This document shows, in pieces, positions 41,320 to 50,669 of a DNA stretch of 50,669 nucleotides. Origin of the DNA: Gammaproteobacteria bacterium. GTDB lineage: Bacteria > Pseudomonadota > Gammaproteobacteria > Magnimaribacterales > D2472. Every line of letters starts with the position of its first letter. Position 1 is the first letter of the stretch. The notes below the pieces were generated by a model. That model had not been told where the DNA came from. It made no database searches and worked only from the letters and a program-made list of their open reading frames with translations. The translations under genes were made by a program, and so were the position numbers. The DNA lies in contig JBJLIA010000039.1 of assembly GCA_045564035.1 (NCBI GenBank), positions 1 through 50,669 on the forward strand. Reading direction: 5' to 3'.

Positions 41320-42881
41320 GAATCATCCTTTAGAAGGTACTTCATCACTTTGCCAGCAGCATTGGTGGGAAGTTCATTAACAAACTCTATCTCTCTAGGA
41401 ACCTTATAATTTGCCATATTGTCTTTGGACCATTTTAGCAAAGAGTCTTTTTCTAATTTGTGATTTGGCTTTAACACAATAAAAGCTTTAGCAACCTCTC
41501 CCATTCTCTTGTCTGCAATGCCGATCACTGCAACCTGAGAGATTGCTGAATGATCGCACAGTATATTTTCTATTTCAGCTGGATAAGCATTAAACCCACC
41601 AACGATAAACATATCTTTGCTTCTGTCAGTAATTTTAATATAGCCATTTTGATCAAGGATTCCAATATCTCCAGTGTGCAACCAACCATCGCTATCAATT
41701 GCCTCTTGAGTTGCCTCGGGATTATTAAAATAACCCTGAGTAATGTTGTAACCTTTGACTAGTATCTCGCCAGGCTCACCTGCTGTAACTTTTTGACCTT
41801 CATGATCAACGCATTTAACTTGCACATCTGCTATTGCACATCCTGACGTTGTCGCAATAGTTTCATAGTCATCATCTGGGGTGCACATGGTCACAACTCC
41901 AGTGCTTTCTGTTAAACCGTAGGCAGTTATAACAGTTTCAAAGCCAAGACGTTCTTTCATATCCTTAATAAGCTGAACAGGTATTGATGCAGCGCCAGTG
42001 ACACCCAATCTTAATGAAGAAATATCTAATGTATGTATCAAGTCACTAGTAAGAATTGATTGATAAAGAGTTGGAGGGCCAGGAAGCATGGAAATTTTAT
42101 GCTCATTTATTGTTTGTATAATCTTATCAGCATCAAAGATTGGACATGGATATGCCGTTGCACCTCTCATTAGAGAAGCTAGCCATCCAGCCTTATAGCC
42201 AAATGTATGGAAAAAAGGATTAACTATAAGATAGCGATCATTTCCATTTAAGCCTATGTATTTTGACCAGTAGTCAAAAACTTTAATATTCTGCAAGTGA
42301 GAAGATATCACTCCCTTTGGCTTGCCGGTGGTGCCTGATGTAAAGATAATATCTGCCATGTCATTTCCATTAATGTCTGGTAGCTCAGTATCAAGAGGAT
42401 TAATTTTTAGTTTTGAAAAAATTAAATCTCCTGAAGATGTAGCCTCAGAATCAAGCGAAACTTGCATCTTAAGATACGGCAAGTCCTCATCTTTAAGCAA
42501 TTCAAAAAAATCAATGCCCAAAAATTTTTTTACACTAAATAGGATTTTTGCTTCTGAATTGTTGAGAATATAGGCTGCCTCCTTACCTTTCATTCTTGTG
42601 TTAATTGGAACAACTACGCCTCCTGCTTTATGAATCGCAATTGCGGCAAGGACCCATTCATTCATATTAGGCGCCCAAATAGCCGCCCTGTCTCCGGGCA
42701 ATATCCCATGCTCAATTAAATGGCTTGCGATATTTGTTGAGAAAATATCAAGGTCTCCAAAAGATATTGTTTCTGACTCTGAGATGAGCGCTGATTTTGA
42801 AGTTAGTTTCTCTGCCTGCGTCTTCACCAGCTGTGGAATGGTTAGTTTTTCTAAATCATTCAATCTAAAATCCTCGCCCAC
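41316..42881 (-). CDS. Acyl-CoA synthetase, FadD3-like (HIP-CoA ligase type)
   Basis: GDRAAIWAPN, FTSGTTGKPKG, DRYLIVNPFFHTFGYKAGW, AYGLTE, VGGFNAYPAE, MANYKVPR; exact start uncertain. Confidence 0.8.
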   Translation of the reverse strand: MGEDFRLNDLEKLTIPQLVKTQAEKLTSKSALISESETISFGDLDIFSTNIASHLIEHGILPGDRAAIWAPNMNEWVLAAIAIHKAGGVVVPINTRMKGKEAAYILNNSEAKILFSVKKFLGIDFFELLKDEDLPYLKMQVSLDSEATSSGDLIFSKLKINPLDTELPDINGNDMADIIFTSGTTGKPKGVISSHLQNIKVFDYWSKYIGLNGNDRYLIVNPFFHTFGYKAGWLASLMRGATAYPCPIFDADKIIQTINEHKISMLPGPPTLYQSILTSDLIHTLDISSLRLGVTGAASIPVQLIKDMKERLGFETVITAYGLTESTGVVTMCTPDDDYETIATTSGCAIADVQVKCVDHEGQKVTAGEPGEILVKGYNITQGYFNNPEATQEAIDSDGWLHTGDIGILDQNGYIKITDRSKDMFIVGGFNAYPAEIENILCDHSAISQVAVIGIADKRMGEVAKAFIVLKPNHKLEKDSLLKWSKDNMANYKVPREIEFVNELPTNAAGKVMKYLLKDDS

Positions 42882-43315
42882 CGATAATCGTATTTATGAT
42901 ATTTTAAACCAATGGAAGATTCTGAAAACCTGACCCCTGGCAATGAGGATATCTCTTCGTAAAGCACTTTTGAGAGTTTGGTTACATCTTCAGCAAGAAT
43001 GAAGACCATCAAATCATGCCGCCCCATTAATGTTGAAACAAATCTTACTTCTTTCATTTTTGAGAGCGCTTTGGCTACTGAGTCTTTGGCTCGTGTTTCA
43101 ACATCTAATCCTACAAATGCCAAGGAGGGATTTTCCATTCGGTTAATATTATTGATAACTGAGATCTTAATAACTTTATTTTTAATAAGTTTTTGAATCC
43201 TATTGCGAACAGTACCCTCCGTAACACCTATGACCTTAGCCATTTGATTGTTCGACATTCTGGCATCAGCACCCAATAGTTGAATAATTTTCTTATCGGT
43301 TTGATCAAGCTTCAT
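42860..43315 (-). CDS. Lrp/AsnC family transcriptional regulator
   Basis: LDQTDKKIIQLL..DAR, HTH GVTEGTVRNRI, RAM domain GRHDL; ATG 43315. Confidence 0.88.
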   Translation of the reverse strand: MKLDQTDKKIIQLLGADARMSNNQMAKVIGVTEGTVRNRIQKLIKNKVIKISVINNINRMENPSLAFVGLDVETRAKDSVAKALSKMKEVRFVSTLMGRHDLMVFILAEDVTKLSKVLYEEISSLPGVRFSESSIGLKYHKYDYRWARILD

Positions 43316-43772
43316 TTGCAAACGGAGTCCAGTCAGTTTCAAATTTATATACATTCGATGCAATCGCTGGAGCAATGCTTTTAATACCTACAATTGAGGG
43401 CAGTGTTTCATCTAGAAAAATTTTTGTTTCATGTAGACTTTTAGTCGCGCAAAGAATTTCAATGTCTTGGATGCCGCTAACAACATTCACACTAAAGACT
43501 TCTTTTTGCTGAGAGAGAATCTCTGCGACCTCCTCTAGTTTATCGCCCTGAGCCCTAATTCCAATTGGAAGCAAGTAGTCATAGCCGCATTTCTCAAAAT
43601 CAGCTATTGCAATGATTTTGCAAAAACCACCATCAATGATTTTGGTCAGCCTCTTACTGACAGTGACTTCATTAACAGAAAGCTTTTCAGCTATGGATTT
43701 TGCTGGTGCGCGACCATCCTCTTCCAATATTCCAAGAATCCTATGATCAAGATCATCTAAGGAGGCTTTCAA
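43305..43772 (-). CDS. Lrp/AsnC family transcriptional regulator
   Basis: LDDLDHRILGILEEDGR, HTH SVNEVTVSKRL, SGIQDI; TTG start. Confidence 0.85.
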   Translation of the reverse strand: MKASLDDLDHRILGILEEDGRAPAKSIAEKLSVNEVTVSKRLTKIIDGGFCKIIAIADFEKCGYDYLLPIGIRAQGDKLEEVAEILSQQKEVFSVNVVSGIQDIEILCATKSLHETKIFLDETLPSIVGIKSIAPAIASNVYKFETDWTPFANEA

Positions 43773-43795
43773 TTTTAATATAACTTATATGAGAG

Positions 43796-44641
43796 TTAAA
43801 ATTCTCTTTTTTCTAGATCCAAGCCAGCGGGTACATCGGCTCTGTCTACTAAAAATTGTCCATACCATTTTCTGAGCTTATGCAAAGGGCCATCACCATC
43901 GCAAACAACTGGATCAGATACATAAATTTTATTTTCCCAAATCGCTACATCTTGTCCAAAAGCAAAGTTATTGGCATCTACGTAACCCTGAATAAATGCT
44001 GCTTCATCTTCAGCTGACATGCCAGGAACTTTTTTAACCATAACTCCAAAATTTATTATGAAAGAAGTAATTGTTAAAGGGATGTGACTTACCAAAAGCC
44101 TGCTTTCAACTTTTGCTCCATCATGAACTGCACTCATATAAGTAGTCATATATGCTGGACCTTCATATCTTGCTTGGGAAAATAGGTCTCTTCCAAGGAT
44201 AGGGCTATCTGCTGTCATCTCCTGGGTATAGGTATGATCTTTTGCTTCATTCCAAAACCCTTCAAATGGAGCTTGATGCACTGGACCAAAGTGACCTTTG
44301 TCAGCCATATTATCAATGAGTTCTCTGCAGTTATTTTTTACAACAAAACTTGCCATGCCATAGTCAGACCATTCATCTGAATAGCACTCCTCAATCCTAT
44401 TTGGAGTAAAGTCTGGTTCTTGTTTTTCTTGATCATGCCAAATCATAAGCATTTGATTTTGTTCAAGAGTTGGCCATGATTTATCACCACCTACATCAAC
44501 AGAGACTGAGTTGCTTTCATCTCTTGTCACATTGATTTTGCTATCAAAACCGTAAATTGTTTTTGTTTCTCCTGCTGGAAAATCTCGCTCATGGCCAAGA
44601 ACAAACCAACCTCGAGGGAACCTATCTGGTAAATCACTCAT
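43796..44641 (-). CDS. KshA-like (3-ketosteroid 9alpha-hydroxylase) catalytic subunit lacking Rieske ligands
   Basis: NCRELIDNMADKGHFGPVH and QDVAIWENK mononuclear-iron motifs, YEGPAYM, CDGDGP..KLRKWY; own RBS AGGAGA. Confidence 0.82.
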   Translation of the reverse strand: MSDLPDRFPRGWFVLGHERDFPAGETKTIYGFDSKINVTRDESNSVSVDVGGDKSWPTLEQNQMLMIWHDQEKQEPDFTPNRIEECYSDEWSDYGMASFVVKNNCRELIDNMADKGHFGPVHQAPFEGFWNEAKDHTYTQEMTADSPILGRDLFSQARYEGPAYMTTYMSAVHDGAKVESRLLVSHIPLTITSFIINFGVMVKKVPGMSAEDEAAFIQGYVDANNFAFGQDVAIWENKIYVSDPVVCDGDGPLHKLRKWYGQFLVDRADVPAGLDLEKREF

Positions 44642-44656
44642 TCATCTCTCCTAATA

Positions 44657-45106
44657 TTAACTAAACTTTTGTCCTGCTGGATCTGCAGGCTTTTTATCCT
44701 TATCAAACCATACATATACTGAACCATTATCCTCAATAACCTCCCAAGCACTTGTGACTGCTTTAGTAGGTATTTTTTTTGCATAAGGAATTTGATCACA
44801 TTCCCCTTCACCTGCCCAGCGCCATCCATGAAAGGGGCAACGAATACTATTTTCATCAACTTCACCACAGGCAAGGGAAGATCCCATGTGTTTACAATAC
44901 AAATCAAGGCCTCTTAATTTTAGATCTTCACCGCGCCAAACAACTATTTGCGTTGCAAAATCATCCACTTGAATAGCCTGCTTTACTGCAACTTCCTCAC
45001 TCAGGGCAACCTTATGCCATCCAGACGACAAATCACTTACGTTTGGATCACGTTGTTCTGGTAACTGTGGTGCTACTAACTCTTGATCAGTCAAAGTATT
45101 CTCCAT
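44657..45106 (-). CDS. Stand-alone Rieske [2Fe-2S] protein of KshA N-terminal type
   Basis: YCKHMG and RCPFHGWRW ligands, GECDQIPYAKKIP. Confidence 0.88.
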   Translation of the reverse strand: MENTLTDQELVAPQLPEQRDPNVSDLSSGWHKVALSEEVAVKQAIQVDDFATQIVVWRGEDLKLRGLDLYCKHMGSSLACGEVDENSIRCPFHGWRWAGEGECDQIPYAKKIPTKAVTSAWEVIEDNGSVYVWFDKDKKPADPAGQKFS

Positions 45107-45207
45107 CTGATTTTAATAAATTATCATTTAATATTATATACATAGCTCAATTAATCAACGAATAACAAGTTGATTTAATTTTTCAATTTTTTACAAATTT
45201 CTTTTTT

Positions 45208-46080
45208 TTATGAAAAAGTAGAAACGATTTCTTCGGCTTTGTATAACTGATCTATATCTTTTGATGTAGGCACCAAAAGTACATCCGTTGCGCCTGCTTC
45301 TTTTATTTGAGTCAATAAATCTTTCAAGCTTCTTTCATTTCCAGCCAATCCAGCTGTCTTTGAAAGATCAGTTGCAAGATCTTGACCCATCCAACTCAAA
45401 TATCTCTCAAGATGAGTTTGAATGTCTTGACGAGCTGTATCACCTAACCCAAACCAAAAACTTGTCACAAGTCTTGGAGTCTTATCTTTTTTTGAAAATG
45501 CTGCGGTTACCCTTGAAAATGAATCAATGATTTCTTGAATATCTGCATTGAATGAAAAGCCAGCCAAACCACTAGAAAAATCTGCTGACATTTCCATGGC
45601 CTTGGGGCCAACTGCACCAGCTAAAATTTCAGGGCCACCTTTAGAAAAAAGATCAGGGCCCATTTGAGCATCATGGTTCTTCAACCATATGTCTTGCATA
45701 ATTTTAACATTTTTTGATAATTGGCCCCAACGCCTTTTAGACCAGTCAGCTCCAATTGAGTTGTAATCCTCCTCTCTGCCACCCACACCAACACCTAAAG
45801 TAAATCTTCCCTCTGCAAGCATATCAATGGTAGCAAATTGCTTCGCGCTAAGCACAGGGTTGTGCATAGTTAAAATAGATATTGTTGCAATAATTTCAAC
45901 ACGGTTGGTCCATGCAGCTACTGCGCTTAGTGTCGAAATAAATTCAGGATTTGGAAAAAGAATTCTTTCACCCAAAGCAATATGAGACCATGGACCTTCA
46001 TCAATGCGCTTGGTCCAAGCTTCTAAATCTTGCCTAGTTAGTTCAGGCTCCATGACCGGAAGAGTCATGCCAATTTTCAT
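45208..46080 (-). CDS. LLM class flavin-dependent oxidoreductase
   Basis: [36 protein letters not shown]. Confidence 0.85.
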   Translation of the reverse strand: MKIGMTLPVMEPELTRQDLEAWTKRIDEGPWSHIALGERILFPNPEFISTLSAVAAWTNRVEIIATISILTMHNPVLSAKQFATIDMLAEGRFTLGVGVGGREEDYNSIGADWSKRRWGQLSKNVKIMQDIWLKNHDAQMGPDLFSKGGPEILAGAVGPKAMEMSADFSSGLAGFSFNADIQEIIDSFSRVTAAFSKKDKTPRLVTSFWFGLGDTARQDIQTHLERYLSWMGQDLATDLSKTAGLAGNERSLKDLLTQIKEAGATDVLLVPTSKDIDQLYKAEEIVSTFS

Positions 46081-47093
46081 GATTCAGATTTTTTTTTCAG
46101 CAAATCTAAAGCAACATCGACAATCATATCTTCCTGGCCACCAACCATTTTTCTTTTTCCTAGCTCAACTAAAATTTCTCTGGTATCAAGATTATAGGTT
46201 TCAGCAGCTGATTCAGCATGTCTTAAAAATGAAGAATAAACTCCCGCATAACCCAATGTTAATGTTTCTCTATCTACTCTTACTGGTCTGTCCTGCAAAG
46301 GGCGAACAAGCTCTTCAGCAGCATCCATTAATTTGAATAAATCTGTACCATGAGTCCAACCCAACCTATCAATTGCAGCAATGAAAACTTCAAGAGGCGC
46401 ATTTCCTGCCCCAGCCCCCATTCCTGCAAGACTAGCATCAACTCGATTTGCCCCATTTTCAACAGCAACAATAGAGTTAGCAACTGCCAAGGATAAATTA
46501 TGATGAGCATGCATACCTGTTTGAGTCTGGGAATCTAAAGTATCTTTAAAAGCTTTGAATCTATCTGCAACATCCTCCATGCTTAGTGCACCACCAGAAT
46601 CAACTACATATACACATTCAGCTCCATAGGACTCCATTAGCTTAGCTTGCTCTGCTAGGTTCGATGGTGAGGTCATGTGTGACATCATCAAAAACCCAAT
46701 GGTATCCATTCCTAATTCTCTTGCAAACTCTATGTGCTGCTTTGATACATCTGCCTCAGTGCAATGAGTTGCAACTCGAACAGATCTAACTCCAAGATCC
46801 CATGCCCATTTAAGATCTTCTTTTATGGCAATTCCGGGCAAAATAAGAGTTGTAAGTTTTGCATGATTCAATTTCTCTGCAACTGCTCCAATCCATTCTT
46901 GGTCTGTATGTGCTCCAAAGCCATAATTAAAAGAAGATCCGGATAGGCCATCTCCATGAGCGACCTCAATCGCATCAACTTTTGCTTCATCTAATGCCTT
47001 CGCAATCTCAATTACATGATCTAAACCATACTGATGCCGGATAGCATGCATTCCATCCCTAAGTGTGACATCTTGTATATATAGCTTATTCAT
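46077..47093 (-). CDS. dmpG: 4-hydroxy-2-oxovalerate/oxohexanoate aldolase (DmpG/HsaF family)
   Basis: [40 protein letters not shown]. Confidence 0.94.
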   Translation of the reverse strand: MNKLYIQDVTLRDGMHAIRHQYGLDHVIEIAKALDEAKVDAIEVAHGDGLSGSSFNYGFGAHTDQEWIGAVAEKLNHAKLTTLILPGIAIKEDLKWAWDLGVRSVRVATHCTEADVSKQHIEFARELGMDTIGFLMMSHMTSPSNLAEQAKLMESYGAECVYVVDSGGALSMEDVADRFKAFKDTLDSQTQTGMHAHHNLSLAVANSIVAVENGANRVDASLAGMGAGAGNAPLEVFIAAIDRLGWTHGTDLFKLMDAAEELVRPLQDRPVRVDRETLTLGYAGVYSSFLRHAESAAETYNLDTREILVELGKRKMVGGQEDMIVDVALDLLKKKSES

Positions 47094-48013
47094 GAATTAA
47101 GTTTAATTAATTCTTGCGCTGTTCCCATGGCAGCAGAAGTCATAATATCTAAATTTCCAGCATAGGTTGGTAAATAATGTCCAGCACCCTCAACCTCAAT
47201 AAAAATTGATGCCTTTAGACCTTCAAACTCACCATAGCCGGGAATTGAGCATGGATTATTAGACCCAAATCTTTCAAATTGCACTTCTTGCTTTAGACGA
47301 TAGCCCGGTACATAAGATCGAACACGCTCTACCATTGCTTCAACACTCTCTTTAACCAACTGCTGATCAACCGGATCACACAAAGCAAAAACAGTATTTC
47401 GCATTAACAAAGGAGGCTCGGCAGGATTAAGTACTATAATTGCCTTAGCTCTGTCTGCCCCTCCGACTTTTTCAAGGCCCAACTTAGTTGTTTGAGTGAA
47501 TTCATCAATGTTAGCTCTTGTTCCTGGCCCAGCAGACTTTGAAGACACAGATGCAACTATCTCAGCATACCTAACACTAGAAACTTGGTTAACTGCTGCC
47601 ACCATAGGAATGGTTGCCTGACCACCGCAAGTAACCATATTTACATTTTTTTCTTTTAAATGTTCAGTTAGGTTAACAACTGGAACACAATAAGGACCTA
47701 TTGCTGCTGGAGTAAGGTCTATCATCTGTTTTCCATCATTGATAATTAAATCATGATGATTCTTGTGAGCACCAGCAGATGTTGCATCAAAAAATATTTC
47801 AGTATCTTGATACTCATCCATTTCTATAAAGCCCTGTAAGCCAGATGATGAAATTGCAATATTCTCAGATTTTGCCATTGCAAGGCCTTCAGACTCAGGG
47901 TCTATTCCAATTACTCCATTCAAAGATAAAGATTGAGAGGTATTAATAATTTTTAACATTAGATCTGTTCCGATATTCCCAGATCCAATAATTGCACATT
48001 TGACTTTACTCAT
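47090..48013 (-). CDS. dmpF: Acylating acetaldehyde/propionaldehyde dehydrogenase (DmpF/HsaG family)
   Basis: [48 protein letters not shown]. Confidence 0.94.
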   Translation of the reverse strand: MSKVKCAIIGSGNIGTDLMLKIINTSQSLSLNGVIGIDPESEGLAMAKSENIAISSSGLQGFIEMDEYQDTEIFFDATSAGAHKNHHDLIINDGKQMIDLTPAAIGPYCVPVVNLTEHLKEKNVNMVTCGGQATIPMVAAVNQVSSVRYAEIVASVSSKSAGPGTRANIDEFTQTTKLGLEKVGGADRAKAIIVLNPAEPPLLMRNTVFALCDPVDQQLVKESVEAMVERVRSYVPGYRLKQEVQFERFGSNNPCSIPGYGEFEGLKASIFIEVEGAGHYLPTYAGNLDIMTSAAMGTAQELIKLNS

Positions 48014-48015
48014 AA

Positions 48016-48801
48016 TTAGATAAAATTAATTTCGCAGGTTCCGACACCCTTAAGCTCTAATGAAAAACTATCACCAGCTATTGCGGGCTCAAGAGGAACT
48101 AGCGATCCAGATAGAATAAACTCACCCTTAAGTAATGGAATATCATATTCACCCAAGGTGTTAGCTAACCATGCAACCGCTTCTGCTGGATGACCTTGAA
48201 CAGCAGAACCAAAGCCTGATGACAAAAATTCTCCATTTTTATGAACAACTACCTCCAACTCATCCATTGAAAACTTTTCAGGAGAAGAGGAACCCTCTCC
48301 TAAAACAAAAATTCCACAAGATGCGTTGTCAGCAATGGTGTCTTGAATTTTAATTTTCCAATCATCTATCCTTGAGTCAACAATTTCAAAACATGGAACA
48401 ATTTTTTCAGTTGCTAAAATGACATCTTCCTTAGTAATTCCAGGTCCTTGAATATCTTCTTTTAAAATAAAAGCAATTTCAGCCTCTGCCCTAGGTTGAA
48501 TCAAGGAATCTTCTATTGAAAAATCACATTTATTTTTAACATGCATATAATCTGTTAAAAAACCAAAATCTGGCTGGTTCACTCCTAGCATCTCTTGAAC
48601 AACTGTACTTGTAACACCAATTTTTTTTCCGATAACCTTTTCACCATGATCTTCTCTCATAGAAAGAAATTTACGCGAAATTTGATAGGCATCATTTATG
48701 TCGATTTCTTCATATTTATCAGAAAGCGGCGAAATTGTTTCTTGATTTTTTAAAGCCAAGAAAAGTTCAGACGCTATCTCATTAATAGTATTTAAATTCA
48801 T
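48016..48801 (-). CDS. 2-hydroxypenta(hexa)dienoate hydratase (DmpE/HsaE/MhpD family)
   Basis: [39 protein letters not shown]. Confidence 0.9.
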   Translation of the reverse strand: MNLNTINEIASELFLALKNQETISPLSDKYEEIDINDAYQISRKFLSMREDHGEKVIGKKIGVTSTVVQEMLGVNQPDFGFLTDYMHVKNKCDFSIEDSLIQPRAEAEIAFILKEDIQGPGITKEDVILATEKIVPCFEIVDSRIDDWKIKIQDTIADNASCGIFVLGEGSSSPEKFSMDELEVVVHKNGEFLSSGFGSAVQGHPAEAVAWLANTLGEYDIPLLKGEFILSGSLVPLEPAIAGDSFSLELKGVGTCEINFI

Positions 48802-48804
48802 AAT

Positions 48805-49614
48805 TTAGACTGATAAAAAATTAATGCAGGCCTCATTGAAGATTTGTTCTTTCTCAATCATAACCCAATGCCCGCATTGACTAAAAAGCATAATCTGAGC
48901 GTTTGGACAGTTTTCTCCAATCTTCATTGAACCTGAGACAGGAATAAATTGATCATTAACTCCCCAAAAAGCGAGAATGGGATGTTTGATTTTGGAGAGA
49001 TCTTTCTCCATATTTGGAATTGCCATCGAAGCTAAAACTTGAGAATTCATTAAGGGAAGAATTTCCATTCTGTCTGCTACCATTTCTTCTGTGATAATTG
49101 AGGGGTCATAAGGAAAAAGAGACAGCAAGCCCTCTATTTTCTCTTGACTCATTTCGCCTCCTAAAAAATCTGAAAGAAGCTTTTGTATGCCTGGCATTTT
49201 GTTATAAGTTTCTTGATCTTCAACTCCACCAGGAGCCATCAAAATTAATTTTTTCACCCTTTCGGGATCACTAAGAGCGAGACCCAAGGCCAATGCCCCA
49301 CCAAGACTATTGCCAATCAAAGAAAAGGACTGAATATTCAATGCATCAAGGAGTTGAAGGATTTTAGTATTAAAATAATCTAACGAATAAATTTCATCCT
49401 CTGGTTTGCTTGAAAAGCCATATCCAGGAAGATCAGGCAAAATTACCCTAAATCCAGCTTCCTTTAACGCAAAAAAATTATTTTTAAAGTTAGTATGTCC
49501 TGAAGCACCTGTTCCGCTTCCATGCAACAAAACCACTACATCTCCATCTCCCTCATCATAATAATGAAACTTAAAGCAATCCTCGACATCAATATAGGAG
49601 CCTTGGGGTATCAT
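48805..49614 (-). CDS. Meta-cleavage product hydrolase (HsaD/TesD/BphD family)
   Basis: LHGSGTGASG, GNSLGG nucleophile, CGHW. Confidence 0.85.
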   Translation of the reverse strand: MIPQGSYIDVEDCFKFHYYDEGDGDVVVLLHGSGTGASGHTNFKNNFFALKEAGFRVILPDLPGYGFSSKPEDEIYSLDYFNTKILQLLDALNIQSFSLIGNSLGGALALGLALSDPERVKKLILMAPGGVEDQETYNKMPGIQKLLSDFLGGEMSQEKIEGLLSLFPYDPSIITEEMVADRMEILPLMNSQVLASMAIPNMEKDLSKIKHPILAFWGVNDQFIPVSGSMKIGENCPNAQIMLFSQCGHWVMIEKEQIFNEACINFLSV

Positions 49615-49618
49615 TAAA

Positions 49619-50669
49619 TTAAATTCTGGTTAATGTAATTGGCAGACCATCAATTGGCCTTGGTAAATGCACATGCATAAATTTCGGATTGTAGTTATCC
49701 CTAAGGGTGACCTTGTAATTTTTTAACAATCTAAATAAATATAACTTTGCATTCATCATCGCAAAATGCATTCCAATGCACTTATGGGCTCCTCCGCCAA
49801 AGGGTATATAGCTGAAGCCATGTTTTTTATGCTCAGCTCTTTCTGGAGAAAATCTCATAGGGTCAAATTCATGAGGGTTGGACCACCACTCTTCCATTCT
49901 GTGCGTAAAAGGAGGACTCAGCATTATGACGGTATTTGCTGGGATATCATATCCAGCAACAGTCACATCTCTGGTGGTTCTTCTATTCAGGATCATTACA
50001 GAAGGATAAAATCTCAAGGTTTCTTGGAACACATATTCGGTTAACGTCATTTCAGCCATATCATCAAACGTTGGCATCTCATTTTTAACTTCAAATAATT
50101 CATTTCTAACTTTTTCTTGCCAGCCAGGATTTTTTCCTAAGTAATAAAGAATATTAGTTAGAGCACTGGTCGTGGTATCAAATGCAGCAAATAACAAGAA
50201 TGCAATGTGCCCATCAATATCGACATCTTCTAGATATTCACCATCCTCATCTTGAGCATTGCAATACCTTGAAAACATATCTTTCCTATCAGTACCTCTT
50301 CTTAAGGGAATGTTTGAAGTTAGAAAGTTTCTTAACTCTTGCCTAGCAGCCAATGATTTTCTAAAAGGTGAAAAAGGAAGATCATAAGGAAAAGGTGTAA
50401 TTAAACCTTTGTTGATTCTTTCAAAGGTATCATTGAGTTTTTGTGCTTCAGGGCTACGTTCATCTAGACCTAGAAAAACTTTGGCCGCTACATCCATTAA
50501 TGTTTTCTGAATATTATCATAAAAAATAAACTCTTCATTAACAGGTAAGTCTTGGATGCGTCTCTCTTGAATAGGGTTCATCATTTCAACATATGTCTTC
50601 AATGCATCATTCTTAAATGCTGGTTGAGAAGCTCTTCGAGTTCTTTTATGTTTTTTATCATCACGAACC
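49619..50669 (-). CDS. Cytochrome P450 (5' end outside window)
   Basis: I-helix AAFDTT, ETLR, FDPMRF, heme ligand FGGGAHKCIG; frame stays open to window edge (VRDDKKHKRTRRASQPAFKNDAL). Confidence 0.93.
   Translation of the reverse strand, partial: VRDDKKHKRTRRASQPAFKNDALKTYVEMMNPIQERRIQDLPVNEEFIFYDNIQKTLMDVAAKVFLGLDERSPEAQKLNDTFERINKGLITPFPYDLPFSPFRKSLAARQELRNFLTSNIPLRRGTDRKDMFSRYCNAQDEDGEYLEDVDIDGHIAFLLFAAFDTTTSALTNILYYLGKNPGWQEKVRNELFEVKNEMPTFDDMAEMTLTEYVFQETLRFYPSVMILNRRTTRDVTVAGYDIPANTVIMLSPPFTHRMEEWWSNPHEFDPMRFSPERAEHKKHGFSYIPFGGGAHKCIGMHFAMMNAKLYLFRLLKNYKVTLRDNYNPKFMHVHLPRPIDGLPITLTRI

Noticed and set aside
42860-43772. Lrp-like pair as siroheme decarboxylase AhbA/AhbB (NirDL/GH)
   Set aside because: No H.Y.R-type motif and no heme d1/Ahb genes nearby; sequences look like ordinary HTH-RAM regulators
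44638-44907. Alternative-frame ORF that could fuse the Rieske and catalytic genes by frameshift
   Set aside because: Its translation has no Rieske motifs, and the downstream gene has its own RBS and duplicated N-terminal strands

Overview
AT-rich, densely packed chromosomal segment (very short intergenic spacers, many overlapping genes) that looks like a genome-streamlined marine gammaproteobacterium (SAR86-like; inference from gene content and style). Left third: catabolic/envelope genes (SDR, Ca/Na antiporter, AMP nucleosidase, GMC oxidoreductase, PQQ quinohemoprotein dehydrogenase, tRNA-Leu, DUF3604 plus TonB-dependent receptor, acyl-CoA dehydrogenase pair, alkyl sulfatase, mnmC, M16 peptidase). 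Middle: a long minus-strand run, SAM-II riboswitch-metY-degenerate glycosyltransferase-ccmABCDEFGHI-smc-zipA-ligA-SLT lipoprotein, then a cupin, thrS and tRNA-Arg. Right 10 kb: a steroid/aromatic ring catabolic cluster (P450, hsaD/E/G/F-like, LLM oxidoreductase, KshA-like, two Lrp regulators, FadD3-like ligase). Most unusual features: (1) a KshA-type Rieske oxygenase split into a free Rieske protein and a catalytic subunit whose cluster-binding subdomain is cleanly deleted; (2) a ~733-aa SMC with no recognisable hinge domain; (3) a NUMOD1-like insertion inside the LigA zinc finger. Several single-base frameshifts (smc x2, ccmG, ccmA) most likely reflect sequencing errors. All family assignments are from motif recognition by eye, not database searches.
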